From positions 6,593,824 to 6,657,823 of the forward strand of contig MU054391.1 in NCBI GenBank assembly GCA_013239625.1: 64,000 nt of DNA. Reading direction: 5' to 3'. Every line of letters starts with the position of its first letter. The stretch's first letter is position 1. Made by a program: the position numbers and the translations under genes. This DNA comes from Lama guanicoe (Eukaryota). A model generated the notes under the pieces. That model was given only the letters and a program-made list of their open reading frames with translations, did no database searches and had not been told where the DNA came from. Below are positions 35,301 to 48,894 of this stretch, one piece after another.

Positions 35301-36611
35301 AAAACGATTACTGTGCAAACAGACTCATTTTCTCTTGCCAGTTAGTTTGAAGTTATCACTTCCACTTAAATAGAACCTGAACTAAAAATAGGTGTCCTGA
35401 AGTAGGTTTCCACCTGTCTTTTCTTGCTTCCTGACACCTGCCGTCCTACCCCTTTCAAAGCAAAATAAAGCTGTGTGCAGACACACGCACAGACACCCAC
35501 CAGCAAATGCAAACACGTTCAGGGAACGGCCATTGGATAACAGACACTTTTATCTTTCAACCTCCTGTCTCCCCTGTGTTTTTCAGAAAGCTAGGGAACA
35601 GAAGAAGCAGAAATGCCAAACTGCTTTTTTGGCTGTAGCTCTGAAACAAGGAGGCTCTGAAAAGTGGTCGGCCTGTAAGATAAAAATGTGGGCTGGATGC
35701 GCCGCCTTTTTAAATGTCAAGGTTTTTGTTGAATAGGCATTGAGTTAGAATGGAAAGGTCAAAGCTGACAGACTGAACTCAGACTCAGAAAAGCAGTTCG
35801 AAGTTCCTTTTCTTCCCACCACCTCCCCTCCCAAATGGAAGGTTGCTAACGTCACCCTAGGCCAGCAATTAGTGGCTCATGAGCACAAGCGAAAAATTAA
35901 AAAAGAAACCGGACTAAAGAAACACTTAGTAAAATTTAATAGCTGCTTAATGTCCTGCTTAAACTAAAACAGTTCATGGTGATTAGAAATTCTACTTTTT
36001 ATTAAAGAAAGTCTTCATTTAGGCAAATAATCAGAGAGGGTATCTGGTCCTATGGGACCCCAGGCTCCTCTTCTTCTCCCAGTGAAACTGCTTGATTTGT
36101 GATACAGGCTGTTTCCCTCCAGGCACAGGGCTGATGCAGCTTCTGTCTGGAGGGGGAACCTGGAAGCGTCAGGGTTGCATCAAACAAGTCATCACGATGG
36201 CATCTGCTCTGTTCACCATACACCCACCGGGGCTGGGCATGGTGCACGTTCCCGGGGATGCTTAATACATTGTATAGATTTAATAATATATAAACAGCAG
36301 CACCTCTGCCTTTCAGAATCTCTCTGCAGCCTGGGAGACACATAATCAGTTAACTACAGTGCGGGGAGGTCAGGGCTCAGACTGGCAAAGGGTGCTTGGG
36401 GAGCCCACAGTGTGAAGAACAAACTCCCTTTAACTTTCAATCAAACCCCAGGAAATGGGGCTCCTGCCAGTCTTCTCCGGCTAAGGTTTTGTGTTCCAGG
36501 AGCCAGTCTTATTACGTCCTTTAAACATTTGGGTGTTCTCACATCTAGCGGCCTGATAGATGCTGCCAACCTCACCACTTATTTTTTATCTCCAGCTGCC
36601 AGGCTCTCTGC

Positions 36612-36788
36612 ATCCTGGATCTCACGTTGACTGCACATTAGAGTCATCTGGGGAACTTAAAAAACTCTACCACAAAGGCCACACCTCAGACCAATTAATT
36701 CATTAGCTCTGGGAGCAGGACCCAGGCAGTAAGAGTTCTGAATGCCTTCCCAGTGATTCCAATGTGCGGCCAAGACTGAGAACCCCTG
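36612..36788. mobile_element. MER5A/B-like hAT-Charlie MITE
   Basis: 'tgactgcacattagagtcatctggggaactt...cagaccaatt...cccagtgattccaatgtgcggccaagactgagaacccctg'. Confidence 0.8.
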
Positions 36789-39700
36789 CTTGCCCTTCAT
36801 CCTCCCGGCTGACCTGCTGATCTACCTCCAGCTCCTGGCCCTGGCTCCACCTGCCGGCTTCCGCCCCTCCTGAGAAGTCACATTCATCGCCAGGGCCCAA
36901 GGCTTTCCACATCGGCCCATCCCCAGGCCGTCGGCTCCTGGTACCCATTCCGACAGCTGGAGGCATTCAGAAAAGATTCAGACCTGTGAGGGCAATGGAG
37001 GGACGCCTCAGTCACTGGTGCCTAACAGGGGTTTCAGGAGCCTATCAAGTCTATTCGCTTTGAATTTCTGCATAGATTAGACACAGGGAAGAAACCCAGA
37101 AGGACAAACAGACAGCATCTACCATGTGTTTCTAGTAGGCACCAAAGAAAGTCCCGGCATCTTTCTCTGGGTGCTGTGGATGAAGAGCGATACTCCTTTG
37201 TTCTGAGTGCCTACAAGGTGCCCCTGCTCTCAGAGTGTCCCATGCGGTATTTCTGGTCTCACGCCTGTTAATCCCATCTCATGACTGAAAACACCCAGGC
37301 CCAAAGTACATGATCACATATTTGAGCTCATCCAGCTGGCAAACGGAGAAGCCAAGATTTGAATCCAGACAAGGCACGAGAACTCGAGTTCTTTGCACTA
37401 CATCTAGTGGAAGCCTGCAGTTACCACCGCAGCTCACAGGGAATGAATGACCTGGTCTCCAAGTCAGGGAAGTGTCTGTGTAGTCCCGATTCCAACAGCC
37501 CCCAGCCCCTCCTGGTGCCAGGTGCCTCACACAGATCCCAGCTGGAAGATGTGACTTTCACGTGACAACCACACCCAGGTGTTTGGTGCCAGGTTGGGTA
37601 ACACCCTTGGGTAACCATGTACTCAGTGGTCTGGGTCCAAACAGCCTCCTGTGTATCTGGACATGTGGGCCTGGTGGTCTGCACGTGGGCCCAGGGCCCT
37701 CTGGAGACCCAGCCAGGCAGGCAGTTCCGTGTCAGCCTCCCTCCTGGCCTTTCGGATCAGGCGACCTCAGTTTCCACTTTAGAGATTTTTTTCCCTGCTC
37801 TGCTTTTTCCATCTGCTGATGAACTTTGTCACTTTCTCACTGGGATGATGTCACTGTCTTTCTAAGCTAGGACCCATTTATGCATAAAATAATATGAACA
37901 ACCGATTTAGAGTCTTATTTTTATTTCTCAGTAGATGCAAAGTGAGGGGACAGCTCAGCGATGAAACACACGTGGTGATTTCACAGTGATTACTGACCTT
38001 GTGAGGTTTTTCAACCCAATAATCATTTCACCAATAAAGGTTCAAATTTCAGAATATTGCTCTTACCTTTGGAGTCGAGTGCCTTCTGATTGAAATAATA
38101 ACTTGAAACGACCCTAGGATTTTCAATAGGTTCCACTTACAGGAATTTGTGGCTTAGAGGTGCAAACATCTCACAGATTCAATCTGATTTCACATACTGT
38201 GGTTTTTCTACAATGTAGGCACCTCACACAGGCTTCCTCTTAAAAATGGGCTAATGTAACCTGGCCCTGGGCTCCAGCTCCTGCCGCCTGCACCTCCCAG
38301 CTGGGGCTTCACCGGGGACAGGTGTTCCTGGTGCCAGCTCCCCTCCCTTCCCGCCAAGCACTGTTTTCTCACCTCCCCAGGCTCCTCCACTCAGCTTCCC
38401 ACTTGGATTTGGGCCGGCATTCAGCACCAGCTGGTGCCTTAGATGTTTTCTGGTTCAAGGCAAGGAGCCAGACTGAAGGGTGGCTGGGGGACCCTTCCAG
38501 CTCTGGGAGACCAGAAATCCAGGAAACAAGACAGCTTCTCTCCTGGGAGACGAGTCCGGCTGGAGGATCTGCTCCTCCGAGGGTCTCATGAGGAGGATGC
38601 TGTGCTCAGGCTGGGAGACGGTCCCCACCAGCTGCCCCTCTGGGCTGTGCTCCTGGGCCCAAATACTGTGAGCTCTCAGTCCCTGAAACAGAGAAGTCCT
38701 CTTGGAAGGGCAGGTTGAGTCGGTCCTGGGAGCAGCATTTGGCTCGGCCTGTGGACAAGAATCCACTTCTCCAAGAACGTGCTGTTTTACAGGCAAGAGA
38801 GGAAGCATCTGCCACACAGTCACCACGACAGGTGTCTGGTGACTGTCCGTGGAGGCGTGTGCATTCGTAAGGGAGGGGCGTCTGCGGGTTCTGCTCATCT
38901 TGGCAGCCCAACCTTGGAGAAGGCCACTGGCGGGCGGTGCCTGTGACCAGGCTCCAGTGCTGACAGCTGGAGACTTTCAGAGGCCCACAGGGGCTTGGTC
39001 CCACCCTTGCCCTGTCGTGATTCTGGTCACAGGACAGCAGCCCAGGGCCACCGCAAGGAGGGGTCCCAACATTATCTGGCCACGGGACAGTGGCTCTGGC
39101 CTGCACAAGTTCTGTCCCTTGTCACTGCCACAAACCCTCCATGGACCCTTTTGCCCAACAGTGTTAAACCTCGAGGCCCTTTTTGGAAGCTCTCCAACAT
39201 CTGGCCCAGGCTATATTTTCTGCTTTCTATTTACAGTCTGCCCTGGAAGCGTTCATTCTGAGAGGCGACAATGGCCCAGACACTGTTGCTTTGTTTTTGC
39301 CAGGTTCTCCCTTTGCCAAGCCTCCTAGCCACCCACCCCCTCTGCATGAATGGGTGTCTCCTACAGCCTTTAAAGACAAACCAGGTGTCTGCAGATCAGT
39401 GAGTGGTCCCCTGGGTGGACAGGAGCTGAGGGGACCGGAGCTCTCCCTCTGGCTTTGACCTGTCCTCTCCTTTGAGATGGGGCACCTGCTAACTCACATT
39501 ATAGCCACTGCTGTCATCATCCAATGACATCTGTAGACTGTTAGCCCATCGAGGGCAGAATCAATGTCAAATTATCCTGTGTGCTTGTTGAATGAAGACA
39601 ATAAAGGAGAATTTTTCACTGGGTGGATGGGAAGGAGTGAAACCAACTTTTCTGCAGGCTCTTTTCAAGATTTGAATCCCAACTTCTTTTAGATTTTAAG

Positions 39701-41599
39701 AACCTTGAGGTTTAACCTCTAATCGTGCATTTCCCAAAGCATTTTCCAGAGATTGCTACATCACGAATTCTTAGGCTGAGAAGCCCTACAGACAAGAATT
39801 CCATTTACTTGTTAAGTCCAGCATTGCCCAAACTTGCTATAGCCCAAGACTTCGTTCAAATAATAACCACTAACATTCAAAATAAAGTGATGGAAGGCAT
39901 AGGGTAGGATTGCCTTCGTGGAGAAGGGTGGTGAAAATCCAGCCCAGGCTGTGGAAGACCTCAGCTTTTAAAACAAGACGTTTTATTCATTGCAACCCCA
40001 GAGGGATTAGCCCTTGAGAACTGGGGGAGGAGCCATTCTTGGAGGAGAACACAGCAACCCTCACCTCCAGGGTAGTGAGGGGGCAAGCCTGACCCCCTGC
40101 TCACTCCCCCTGCACCCTCCCCACGTCCCTTCTCCAGCTCTTTGGAATTTGGGGTTGGGGGGCATTTTAAAGAGAAGAGACCAAGAGACTAGGACCCACA
40201 ATAAGAAATACATGTATATCGCAACCCAGTGCTTTACAAGTTTCACAAAACAATTCTCCCCTCGGCTCCATACAAAACAATCTATTTTCTATCCTATTCT
40301 TTTTTTTCTTTTCTTTTCAAAAATGCAGCCTGTGATTTACAGAACAGATTTCATGAGCCTCTAATGGGCCATAATGTGAATGCAAAAAACCCTGGACCAG
40401 ACTGATCTTTTAAAGAATGAAAGTGTCCTGGGGAGTTATGGTATCTGCCAACACAGAGACTGGATCTGACCAGGGGCTGGAGAAAACGAAGATTATTTCG
40501 TGTGAATGCCCTGTCGAGCCGGATTGCCTTATCAGCTGGTTGTATTGGAAGGTTACAAAGCAGGATTTGCAAACTCCAATGGCTAGCGGAGCCTGTAGGG
40601 TTGATCTTTGTATTAGAGCAGGTCCGTGTCTGCGAGCCCGGGAGTGGTGGGTCATGGGAACTGGAGGACGCGTGCTCCTCCCAAGGGGACAACTCCTTCT
40701 CAGCACCAACCACTCTCCTGTAAGAAATCTCAGCCCATCATTGGCAGAGCCTCTGAATTTTTGAAAGAACCTAGAAATTGGAATATTTATGTGAAAGATC
40801 TGGTTTGTTAATGTTAGCAAATAATATTCTAAAATATGTAAAATACAGTGAGGGCAGTTTCATAGATCAAAATCTGTTTCCAGAGCATGACTGACTTGCA
40901 GGCTGCCTGTTTAAAGGCTGCAGAGCTGACGATGGGTGACAGGAAACAGACTCCAAGGGAAGGGAGAGGAGGTAGCACGGCAGGTGGGGTAGGGCAGGGG
41001 CCAGAGGAGCTAAGGTAGCGGCAGCGGGGACTACAGACCCCAGAGCCACGGGAGGTAAAATCAGCAGGTCTTAAGCGCTGATTAGGTGTGGCCATCCAGG
41101 AAGGAAGGTAAGAGGCAGCAGAGGGCTGGGGCCAGGAAACGGGGGATGTAGGAGCTGAAGTGCTGGCTGGCAGCCCTGCAGGGGCAGCTGGAAGGCACAC
41201 AGCTGGAGGACCAGGGCCCTCTCCCTAAGCTGGAAAGATGGCTCAGGTTACTCCTGGAGTGGGGGTCGGGGACTGGTGAAACACAGATGTCTGCCCAAGG
41301 CTGTGCTGTTGATGACTTCTGCCAAAGAAGGGAGTAAACAGTTTGGGATTTTGCATCCACAAACATTCCTGAGCCTTTGTCAAGAGTTAGACACAGGGCA
41401 CTTCAAAGAGGGATTTTCTCACCTACAAAGATCTTACTGTTTACCATGCAGTTGTCTGCCAGCAGAATAAACTTTACCCCAGAATTATAGAAAAAGCCTA
41501 AGAAAGCAGAAAGGATGAATAAGTCAGGCAGCAAGCAAGATGGAGAAGGGGAAAGGAACTTACATTTACTGAGTAACTAGTGTCCCAGCACTGGTTGAG

Positions 41600-42079
41600 A
41601 AAGCTATTTCTAGAAGCAAGAAATAGCATGACTGACAGCGTGTAACAAGTAAGGGTGTGTCTTTGTCACGTAACTCAAGGGCAAGCTAACCAGGGCCATT
41701 GTGGCTGCTCCACAGAGCCACACGGGATCTAGTCTCTTCTCTGCATTTCTCCTCCACCATCTTATATCTTTATACCAAAGAGGACTTTGTCCTCTTGGTT
41801 ACAAGATAGCTGCTGCACTTCCGGACATCACATGGGTTTTCCACTTAGGAAGAAACAAAAGCCCCTCATTCTTTCAAGTCTTTGTCTTTTTTATTTGGAG
41901 TGAAAGCCCTCCCCAGTAGATTTCCACTTATATCTTATTGGCCACAACAAGGTTGTATGGTCACCTCTGACAGGAAGGTGTCTAGCTTTCCAGACTCTAG
42001 AGAAGAAGAATGCAACAAATGAAAACACAACAGGGAGTTGGAAAGAGCTTTTGTGTGGCCAAACCACAGTATTTGTCAC
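41600..42079 (-). mobile_element. Old MLT1 (I/J-like) LTR
   Basis: 'caagatagctgctgcacttccggacatcacat', 'cccagtagatttccacttatatcttattggcca', ends 'tgtcaca'. Confidence 0.6.
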
Positions 42080-42439
42080 AGTCCTTGCTTGCTGAGCTAG
42101 GAGGTTGAACTTCATCCTGTATATTCTGGAGAGTGAGTGACAGACAGTCACTGGTCCCTATAGCTGCGTTGAATGGACCCTAGGAGGACGTGACTGGAGG
42201 CCGGAGAGATGGATACTCCTGTTATCCATGGAGGTGATTATCATCAGTGCAGACAGAGACTCAGGATCTGGGGGGAATCAGTTAGAGAAGCACCAGCAGC
42301 AGGACTTGCTGAGGCTGGGGGAGCAGGGACATCAGAAGGATACTCAGACTTCTGGCTTGGGAATCTTTGTGAACGGTGTCAGCTCTGACCACGCCTGGGG
42401 CTGGGGAGACAAGCTACCAAAGAACACGATGCCATCAGC

Positions 42440-42797
42440 TAAGATGGAAGTCTGAAACCAAGGTGTCAGCGGGGCCCCGCTGTCTCCCTGACAGCGCTAA
42501 GAGAGGACGCGGCCTTACCTCTCCCAGCATCTGGGGTTGCCAGCAATCCTTGGTGTTCCTTGGTCTGTAGATTCATCCCTCCAGTCTCTGTGTCCCTGGT
42601 CCACGCCCTGTGTGTGTGTATGTTTCCTCCTCTTCTTTTGAGGATCCCAGTCCTGTTGAATTAAGGGCCCCCCTCTTCTTCAGTGTGACTTCTTCTTAAC
42701 TAATTACATCCGCAAAGACCCTATTTCCAGATAAGGTCACATACTGACGTTCCAGGACAGACATGAATTTTGAGGGAATGTTATCCAACTCAGTACA
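42440..42797 (-). mobile_element. MLT1B/C-like LTR
   Basis: 'aaggtgtcagcgggg...ttaactaattacatccgcaaagaccctatttccagataaggtcacat...aactcagtaca'. Confidence 0.85.
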
Positions 42798-43689
42798 TTT
42801 GTACTTCATTTTTATCTGATTCAATTTTAATTTACATTTTTGTACATAATGTATTACTAAAGGAGGACTGGAATAGATAAATATTTCAATGAGAACTAGA
42901 CGTATATTGGAAGTGCATAATCAAAAGATTTTCACTGACATTTGGAGACCGTCGGTCCCTATCCCAGTCGTCCACATGAAGACACTAGAGTGTCTTTAAG
43001 ATGAGACCAAGAAGTTTCAGTGGCAGGCGGTCTGGAGCAGGGGGTGAACCAGACATTCCTGGGGGGCCCTCGGTGGAGAGACAAAGCTCCCACTCTTCCT
43101 GTGGTTCCAGGAGCCACATCCCTGAAGACCGCCTGCAGAACCAGGGAATCTGCTGGGCACCCAAGTGCTGCTTGATATTTTGCTAAATGCTGGGAAGGCA
43201 TCATCTGCTGGACGCATCTGTTGATTTGTTCTGTTATTTGAAAGCAAACAAGAAAAATAAAACAAAACCCAGAAAGCCTTCTTGTTGATGGACAGCCTTC
43301 AGAATTGTCTCAAGCTCACAGGTTTTGTTCATGCACACCTGTTCCTTCTTGCAGCAGTATTCAAGGAGGCTGTGCTGCAGAAAGGTTAAATATCACAGAA
43401 TTGGGGGTGGGTTTTCACAACATCCACTCAGAACCGAGTGGGCGTGGCTCCCGGCCTGACCTCCCCTCTGGGAGACATGTGCCTTCACCCAATCCCCTCT
43501 CCACTTTAGAGCTCTCAAACTGGCCCCTTTGGGGAGAGCAGATGCACAAGAATGTTCTGGGCTGTGATCAGAGGGACAGAGCTGGACCTGAGGGAAGCCT
43601 GGCCCAAACCAAGAGCTCAATCTTAAGAGATCTGTTTCCAGAACATCTTGCTCAGATGTAAAGTGCAGTTTTCTGGTTCAGGTCTTCCT

Positions 43690-44790
43690 ATCCCACAACC
43701 CCTGCACCCCCACAACTAATGTGTCCTTCTCCCCCCAAAGGAAGGGAAGGTGCCCATGACAGCCACACAGGGGGAGTCTGGCGCTTCAGCTGGCCTTTGC
43801 TGACGGGTAGGTTTAGGGCACCGTGTCTTTTGTGGTGTCTGCTGGAGTTGGAGGATAACCGTCTGACATTCTCCATCCTCCAGGCTGCCCCTTTCCTTGT
43901 CATTGGCTCTAAAGGCCAGGCTTTTGTTGGGTCTTTCATTGTCTGTGCTCTCTGGTGTTTCTGGCCTCTTCTGCTCCGAGTCTGGGACACGTGAGGCAAC
44001 AAGTGAGCCCGGGGAACTCACTGCTGTGTCCCTGTTACTGAACTGGTTGACTGTACCCGAGCTGAGACCCCTTGCCTCGGCCAGGGAGGCTCTTTCTCTG
44101 GTCGGATTCACACAGCCGATAACAAAATCGAAGCAGAGAGTGGAAAAGCACAGGCTTTATCCAACGGCCAAAGAATGGAGAAGTGGGAACTTCGTTCACA
44201 AGTCAATTTCTCAACCCAATTCAGGAAGGAGGAGACATCAAATATACGGGAGGTTCGAGGTAAAAGGGAGGGAATTGGAATGAGTGGGAGGAAGAGTCAT
44301 GACTTTCATCCAAGAACAGGGGTGTGGTTTGGATCCAGAGCTGACGGAGCGCTCCTTTTTGGTCCTTGTATGGGCTTGTCTAGTTGTCGTCATGGCAACC
44401 ATCAAGGGTCATGGCGCTCGTGGGTGTGTCCCTTAGCATGCTAATGTATTACAGTGAGTATATGATGAGGCTCAAGGTCGACTAGAAGTCAGCTCTTCCG
44501 CCATCTTGGGCTGAATTGGTTCTAACCAGTTCTTGTTTTTTGGTTTTTTTTTTCTCTTTGCAGCTTCCTACTGAAACTTAGATTTGAGTAACTGGTTTCC
44601 ATTTGAGGGAGGGGAAAGGGTATGGTCCTGGGGCAACAGCCTTTGAGTTCCGAGGTCCCTAGCTGGTCTGCCTCCTTCTCTTCACCTTTCAGATCGTTTC
44701 TGTGTTTGTTTTATATCTAACATCCAGAGGTTCGCTGTACTTAGTGGGAAGAAGAGGGTAAACTGTCTGCTCCATCTTGAAGTGGAAGAC
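43690..44790 (-). mobile_element. Old L1 (L1MC/L1M4-like) 5' region split by an LTR
   Basis: 'ggggaactcactgctgtgtc' resumes after the LTR as 'gaggtccctagctggtctgcc...tgtttgttttatat...gtacttagtggga...ctccatctt'. Confidence 0.65.
44033..44638 (-). mobile_element. ERV1 solo LTR (LTR39/MER21-group-like)
   Basis: tgtt...aaca termini, ~606 bp; internal 'gtcatggcgctcgtgggtgtgtc..ttagcatgctaatgtattaca...gccatcttgg...ttggttctaaccagt'; retains many CpGs; TSD not clean. Confidence 0.75.
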
Positions 44791-46224
44791 CTCACCTGTT
44801 ATTTTTGATAGTTGTATTTTTGGAGAAAGGTTTCTCTCTTACCAATAATTTGATCTACAGCCAGGCATTTTTTTCACTTCCAAGGTCTGTAGTTAACAAT
44901 AGTCACTGAGTCAGACGGTCCTGGCTGCCCTACTTTTTTTCATATTTTAATTTAATTTTTTTTTTAAAATCCCCTCTATTACATACTAAAGCTTGAACTT
45001 TAATAATAAACTTTGATTTGTAGAGCATTTCTTTTTAAACTTCAAATGTGAATTAATGATGAGCAAGTTTCCGTGTTTCTGAAGAGATAGAGGAGGGAGA
45101 GTGAGCCTCGGGCAGGAACCTGGGCCCAGGGCTGCTGGGTGGCTTCTGGTTTGTCTCTGCCCCCATCTTCTCTCTCCCACACAAATGACCTCTGTCCAAA
45201 GAGCAGTGCGTTTTGCAGATGCAGCCATGTCTGTTTCCTGGGAGGAGGGGACATCCTGCATTCTTCCCTGGAGCCTCTTAATAAGATGCACTATAGCAGA
45301 ACTGTGGGATGAGCTAATCAGGAAACTGAAATAAGAGCTCCATAGGGAGGAAGTGATGAAGAGCTTCCTACGGGGAAGGGGATGGCCGGACACACAGATG
45401 TCTGTGTAGCCATGTGAGGCAGGGAAGTGGTAACCAACAATAGGAACACGCTGAGCTATGAATCCGTGCGCAAGGTCCCATAACACCCGAGTCAGCAGTC
45501 GAGCTTTGCAGGCTTAGGTTTTGGTTTCTTACATGGGGTGACTAAGGCAATACAGCCTCTTGCCATGGTCCTGCTGGTGAACCCCAAAGAAGGCCACCAT
45601 GCTGAGAGCACGACCTCGGAATGCTGGGCAACTTCACACCCCTAGACCTCCACCTGGCCCTCCAGGGCACCACAGGCAGTCCTGGGACTCTCCAAGTCAG
45701 AGCTGTCCCCGTCCTCTGACCCCATCCCTTCCCTACAGACCCCAGTCTGATGGCCTCTTGGTTTAAGTAACTTAACACTACAATCTCCCTTTGACAGGGG
45801 TTTGGCATCTCTCACTAGCCCAGGAGCCTGTTCCTGGCTCAACCTCAACCCTACGCTTCTACAAAAGCCAGGAAAATTCTCACTGGTCTTGGAATCAATT
45901 AGGGCCATACTTTTCCTTGGTGATGGGTTAATTTTTACCATACAGACACTGAGAGTCAAGGGAACAAGCATGTTATCCTGTTTCCCTGTTCCCACTGGCC
46001 GCTAGAAAGCTCAGAGCCAGGATGTCTTATCTCTAGTAGGTGTTTAGGACGTAGACGCATGTATTTTGGGCAACAGTCTCACTCCTGGCTTCAGGTTACT
46101 TTTCTGCACTTTATAGTACCTTTTCTGTGTCTTTCTTATTATTAACTTTACATATCTATCTTGAAGTATTATTTTTATCTTTACAAGATTTATCCTCTTT
46201 TCTGGAAGAAGGTAGATCATAGAA

Positions 46225-46270
46225 GGATGGATGGATGGGTGGGTGGGTAGGTGGATGGATGGATGGATAG
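46225..46270. repeat. (GGAT/GGGT)n compound microsatellite
   Basis: ggatggatggatgggtgggtgggtaggtggatggatggatggatag. Confidence 0.9.
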
Positions 46271-47519
46271 AGAGAGGAAAAGGTGAGTCCTCTGCTCTGC
46301 TGGGGGTCTTGATCTGTTATTTCTGGCATCATCCTAGAGGATCTGATGAATCTCCCAAAGGATGATGACCCACCATCCTCCAAAGAGGCCACTGCCATGA
46401 GGCTGTGCATACGACACAGGGTTGAGAGACCCTCTCTGAAGCCGGACTCAAAGTCCAGGTGCTCCTGTGTCCACAAGGCTCTCCTCTCGAGCGGACTCTG
46501 CACATGCAATACACTTCTCTTTCTGTTCAGCTTGGACTTCTCTATTTCATTTTCAGTGAGAGGGGTCATTTCTTTCCCTGGGCAGAAAGGAAGAGGGGAA
46601 GGTCTGAGAATGAGATTCACTACACGAAAGGGGGGGAAGAGAAAGCTGGGCCCAAATCCTGGGATTCAGGACTCTAGATGACATTCCAGCAACCTCAAGT
46701 CTCTGAAATACCATCGCAAAGTCAGAAGTAAGCAAAGGAGACTCCAGGAAACTGGAATGTGTGTCACAACACCCATAAATGTCACCCGAGAGAGGAGACC
46801 CTCAGAATGGACCCTTACTTCCTGTGTCATCTGATCAGTTTGGTTTCATGGTTTCCTAGTTCACAGGAGGTGAGTAGATTGGCTGCTTCCCCTGAACTGT
46901 CTTCTAAGCACCTTTATTTTTTTTCTGGACTCCCATCCCACCTACATTCTGCATCCACAATAATTAAGTACAAACTTTGTTTTCCTGAACTAGTCTGTAA
47001 GATTTCTTATGTATTATTCATGTCTTCCCAAATAGGCTGCAAAAAAATGGCAAAATAGTACTGTTCCCCCTCTTTGTAATTTTCCCATTTCCTTTGATCA
47101 TGTTGATAGTTCTTATTCTTTCTTTTGTAGTTTTATATAAAAGTGACATAAAAAATTAAAATTGCAAATGTCTCTTTTCATTTCATTCTCCTCAGGAAAA
47201 GTTGTGGGACTTCAAAGGCTTTAAGCCAAAAGAAAGAAGCTGAATCTATAATTTATTTGTGGCATAATCAGTTCCCAGTTAATTTGCTCATTAATTTCAT
47301 GACTCAGCACGAGCAGGGAGCACTAGAACAGGCCTGATGACTCATCAGATTGGAGCCGTCACCGTCCTCAGCGCCATCCCTTCCCTCCTGAGCTCACCAT
47401 CGGGGCAGGAGATCAGAGCAACAGGAAGACAAAGGCGCAGGTCCGAAGCTGGAACAGAACCGAGGGAAGACGGCTGTGATGAGTGTGCGGTCAGGGAGGG
47501 GAGCGGGGAGAGGAAAGAC

Positions 47520-47970
47520 TGAGAGGAAGGAAGGGGCCAGATCTCAGCTGATTATGTCAGTGTTAGACGTGGTCTGATAAACATGTGAAAAATCACTTTT
47601 GCAGCTGTGTGGAGAAGGAATCTGGGAGACCAGCGGAGATGCTCTTGCAGTGACCAGGGGAGCCAATGAGATGCTCCTCAATTAATTGATTACCTTCTTT
47701 AAGGTGACTTTTAATAATTAAGGGTAGGCTTATGGTAGTGGATGTGGAGAAAAGTCATCTATTAGAAGTTGAACTTCCTCTTAACAGAACTTGCTGATGG
47801 GCTGGGTGGACGAGGAGAGGGAAAGAGATGAAGAATCACGTGTAGACTTCTGCCCGGACCTCGGGGCGGACATTGATATCCCAAAGGAGGGGGCAGCTGG
47901 GAGAGAAACACACACAGAAGCTGCTGAGAATCTGAGCAGAGACGTCAGGCAGGCGGTTGGGAACATGATG
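47520..47970 (-). mobile_element. L2 relic
   Basis: 'aatcacttttgcagctgtgtggagaagga', 'ggtagtggatgtggagaaaagt', 'agaacttgctgatgggctgg...gagagggaaagagatgaagaatca'. Confidence 0.65.
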
Positions 47971-48894
47971 CCTGAATCTTACAAGAGAGGAGCAGTTATA
48001 CCTCAGTTCCATTAAGGCGGGAAGGAGGCTCAGAGAGGTTTAAGTTCGAGAAAGTTGCCATACACCCCAGCGTATGGTAGGGCTTGTGTTTAAACCCAGT
48101 CCTGTCTCTAATCAACTTAGAAAATGAGCTATTTTGCATAATTAAGATTTTCAAATGACTGGTTTACCCTTTTAAGAAGTGGAACCCTTGATTTAAAAAT
48201 TTTGGTGGGAGTTTGCACAGAACAAATCACGGAGGAACATACCTTTTCCTGTTGCCTCGCTGGTGCTCTGCACCCTGCGCTGTCAGTGGTAATGAACGCA
48301 GTACAGTCCGAGGGCAAGGGCACCTTCCCTGGGGCTCCTGGGTGGGTGGGCTGCACCTTGTGCTCAGTGGCCCCAACTGCCTTGCTTTCCCTGGATCACT
48401 TAGAAAAAGGACTTCGAACACACACCCCTGCCTCCCATCAGGTTTTTCATTTTATTCCTCCTTTCTGTCAATAAGAAACAATAGGCTTTTCTTGCGGATA
48501 CTAATTTCTGGGATTTTTCAGCTGCCAGTGTAAGCTGCAACATCAGAAATCAAACCTGTTAAAAATATGAAACATAAAGTGGTCTAGGAGTGAGGGCCAG
48601 AGAGGTCTCCTGTGTACCTTGGCACTGAGGTCTTGGCTGCACGGAGATCTTCCTGGTTCACGTCCATAATCAGGAAGCTGCAGAGGGTCAGACAAGTCTG
48701 ATTTCTGGGTAAACAGGAGGTTGCAGAACTGAGCTCCCAGCTTCCCTGCATGACCCGCTAGATGCATGATCCTCAATTTTACTCACTAGAGGAACCCTAA
48801 TTAGGGGAACATGTCAGGGTGTCAAGGTAAGTAGACTTGCTTTTCAGTCTTCTGGGCGTCCTTGGTGCTATGGGTGGCCGTGTGACATGGTGCT

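Noticed and set aside
40220..40395. Possible hAT-Charlie MITE relic (also ~42800-42950)
   Set aside because: The resemblance is too faint to assign a family or boundaries by eye
48795..48832. Palindrome ccctaattaggg and consensus donor AAG|GTAAGT
   Set aside because: An isolated donor with no clear upstream acceptor or reading frame; such matches are expected by chance at this window size
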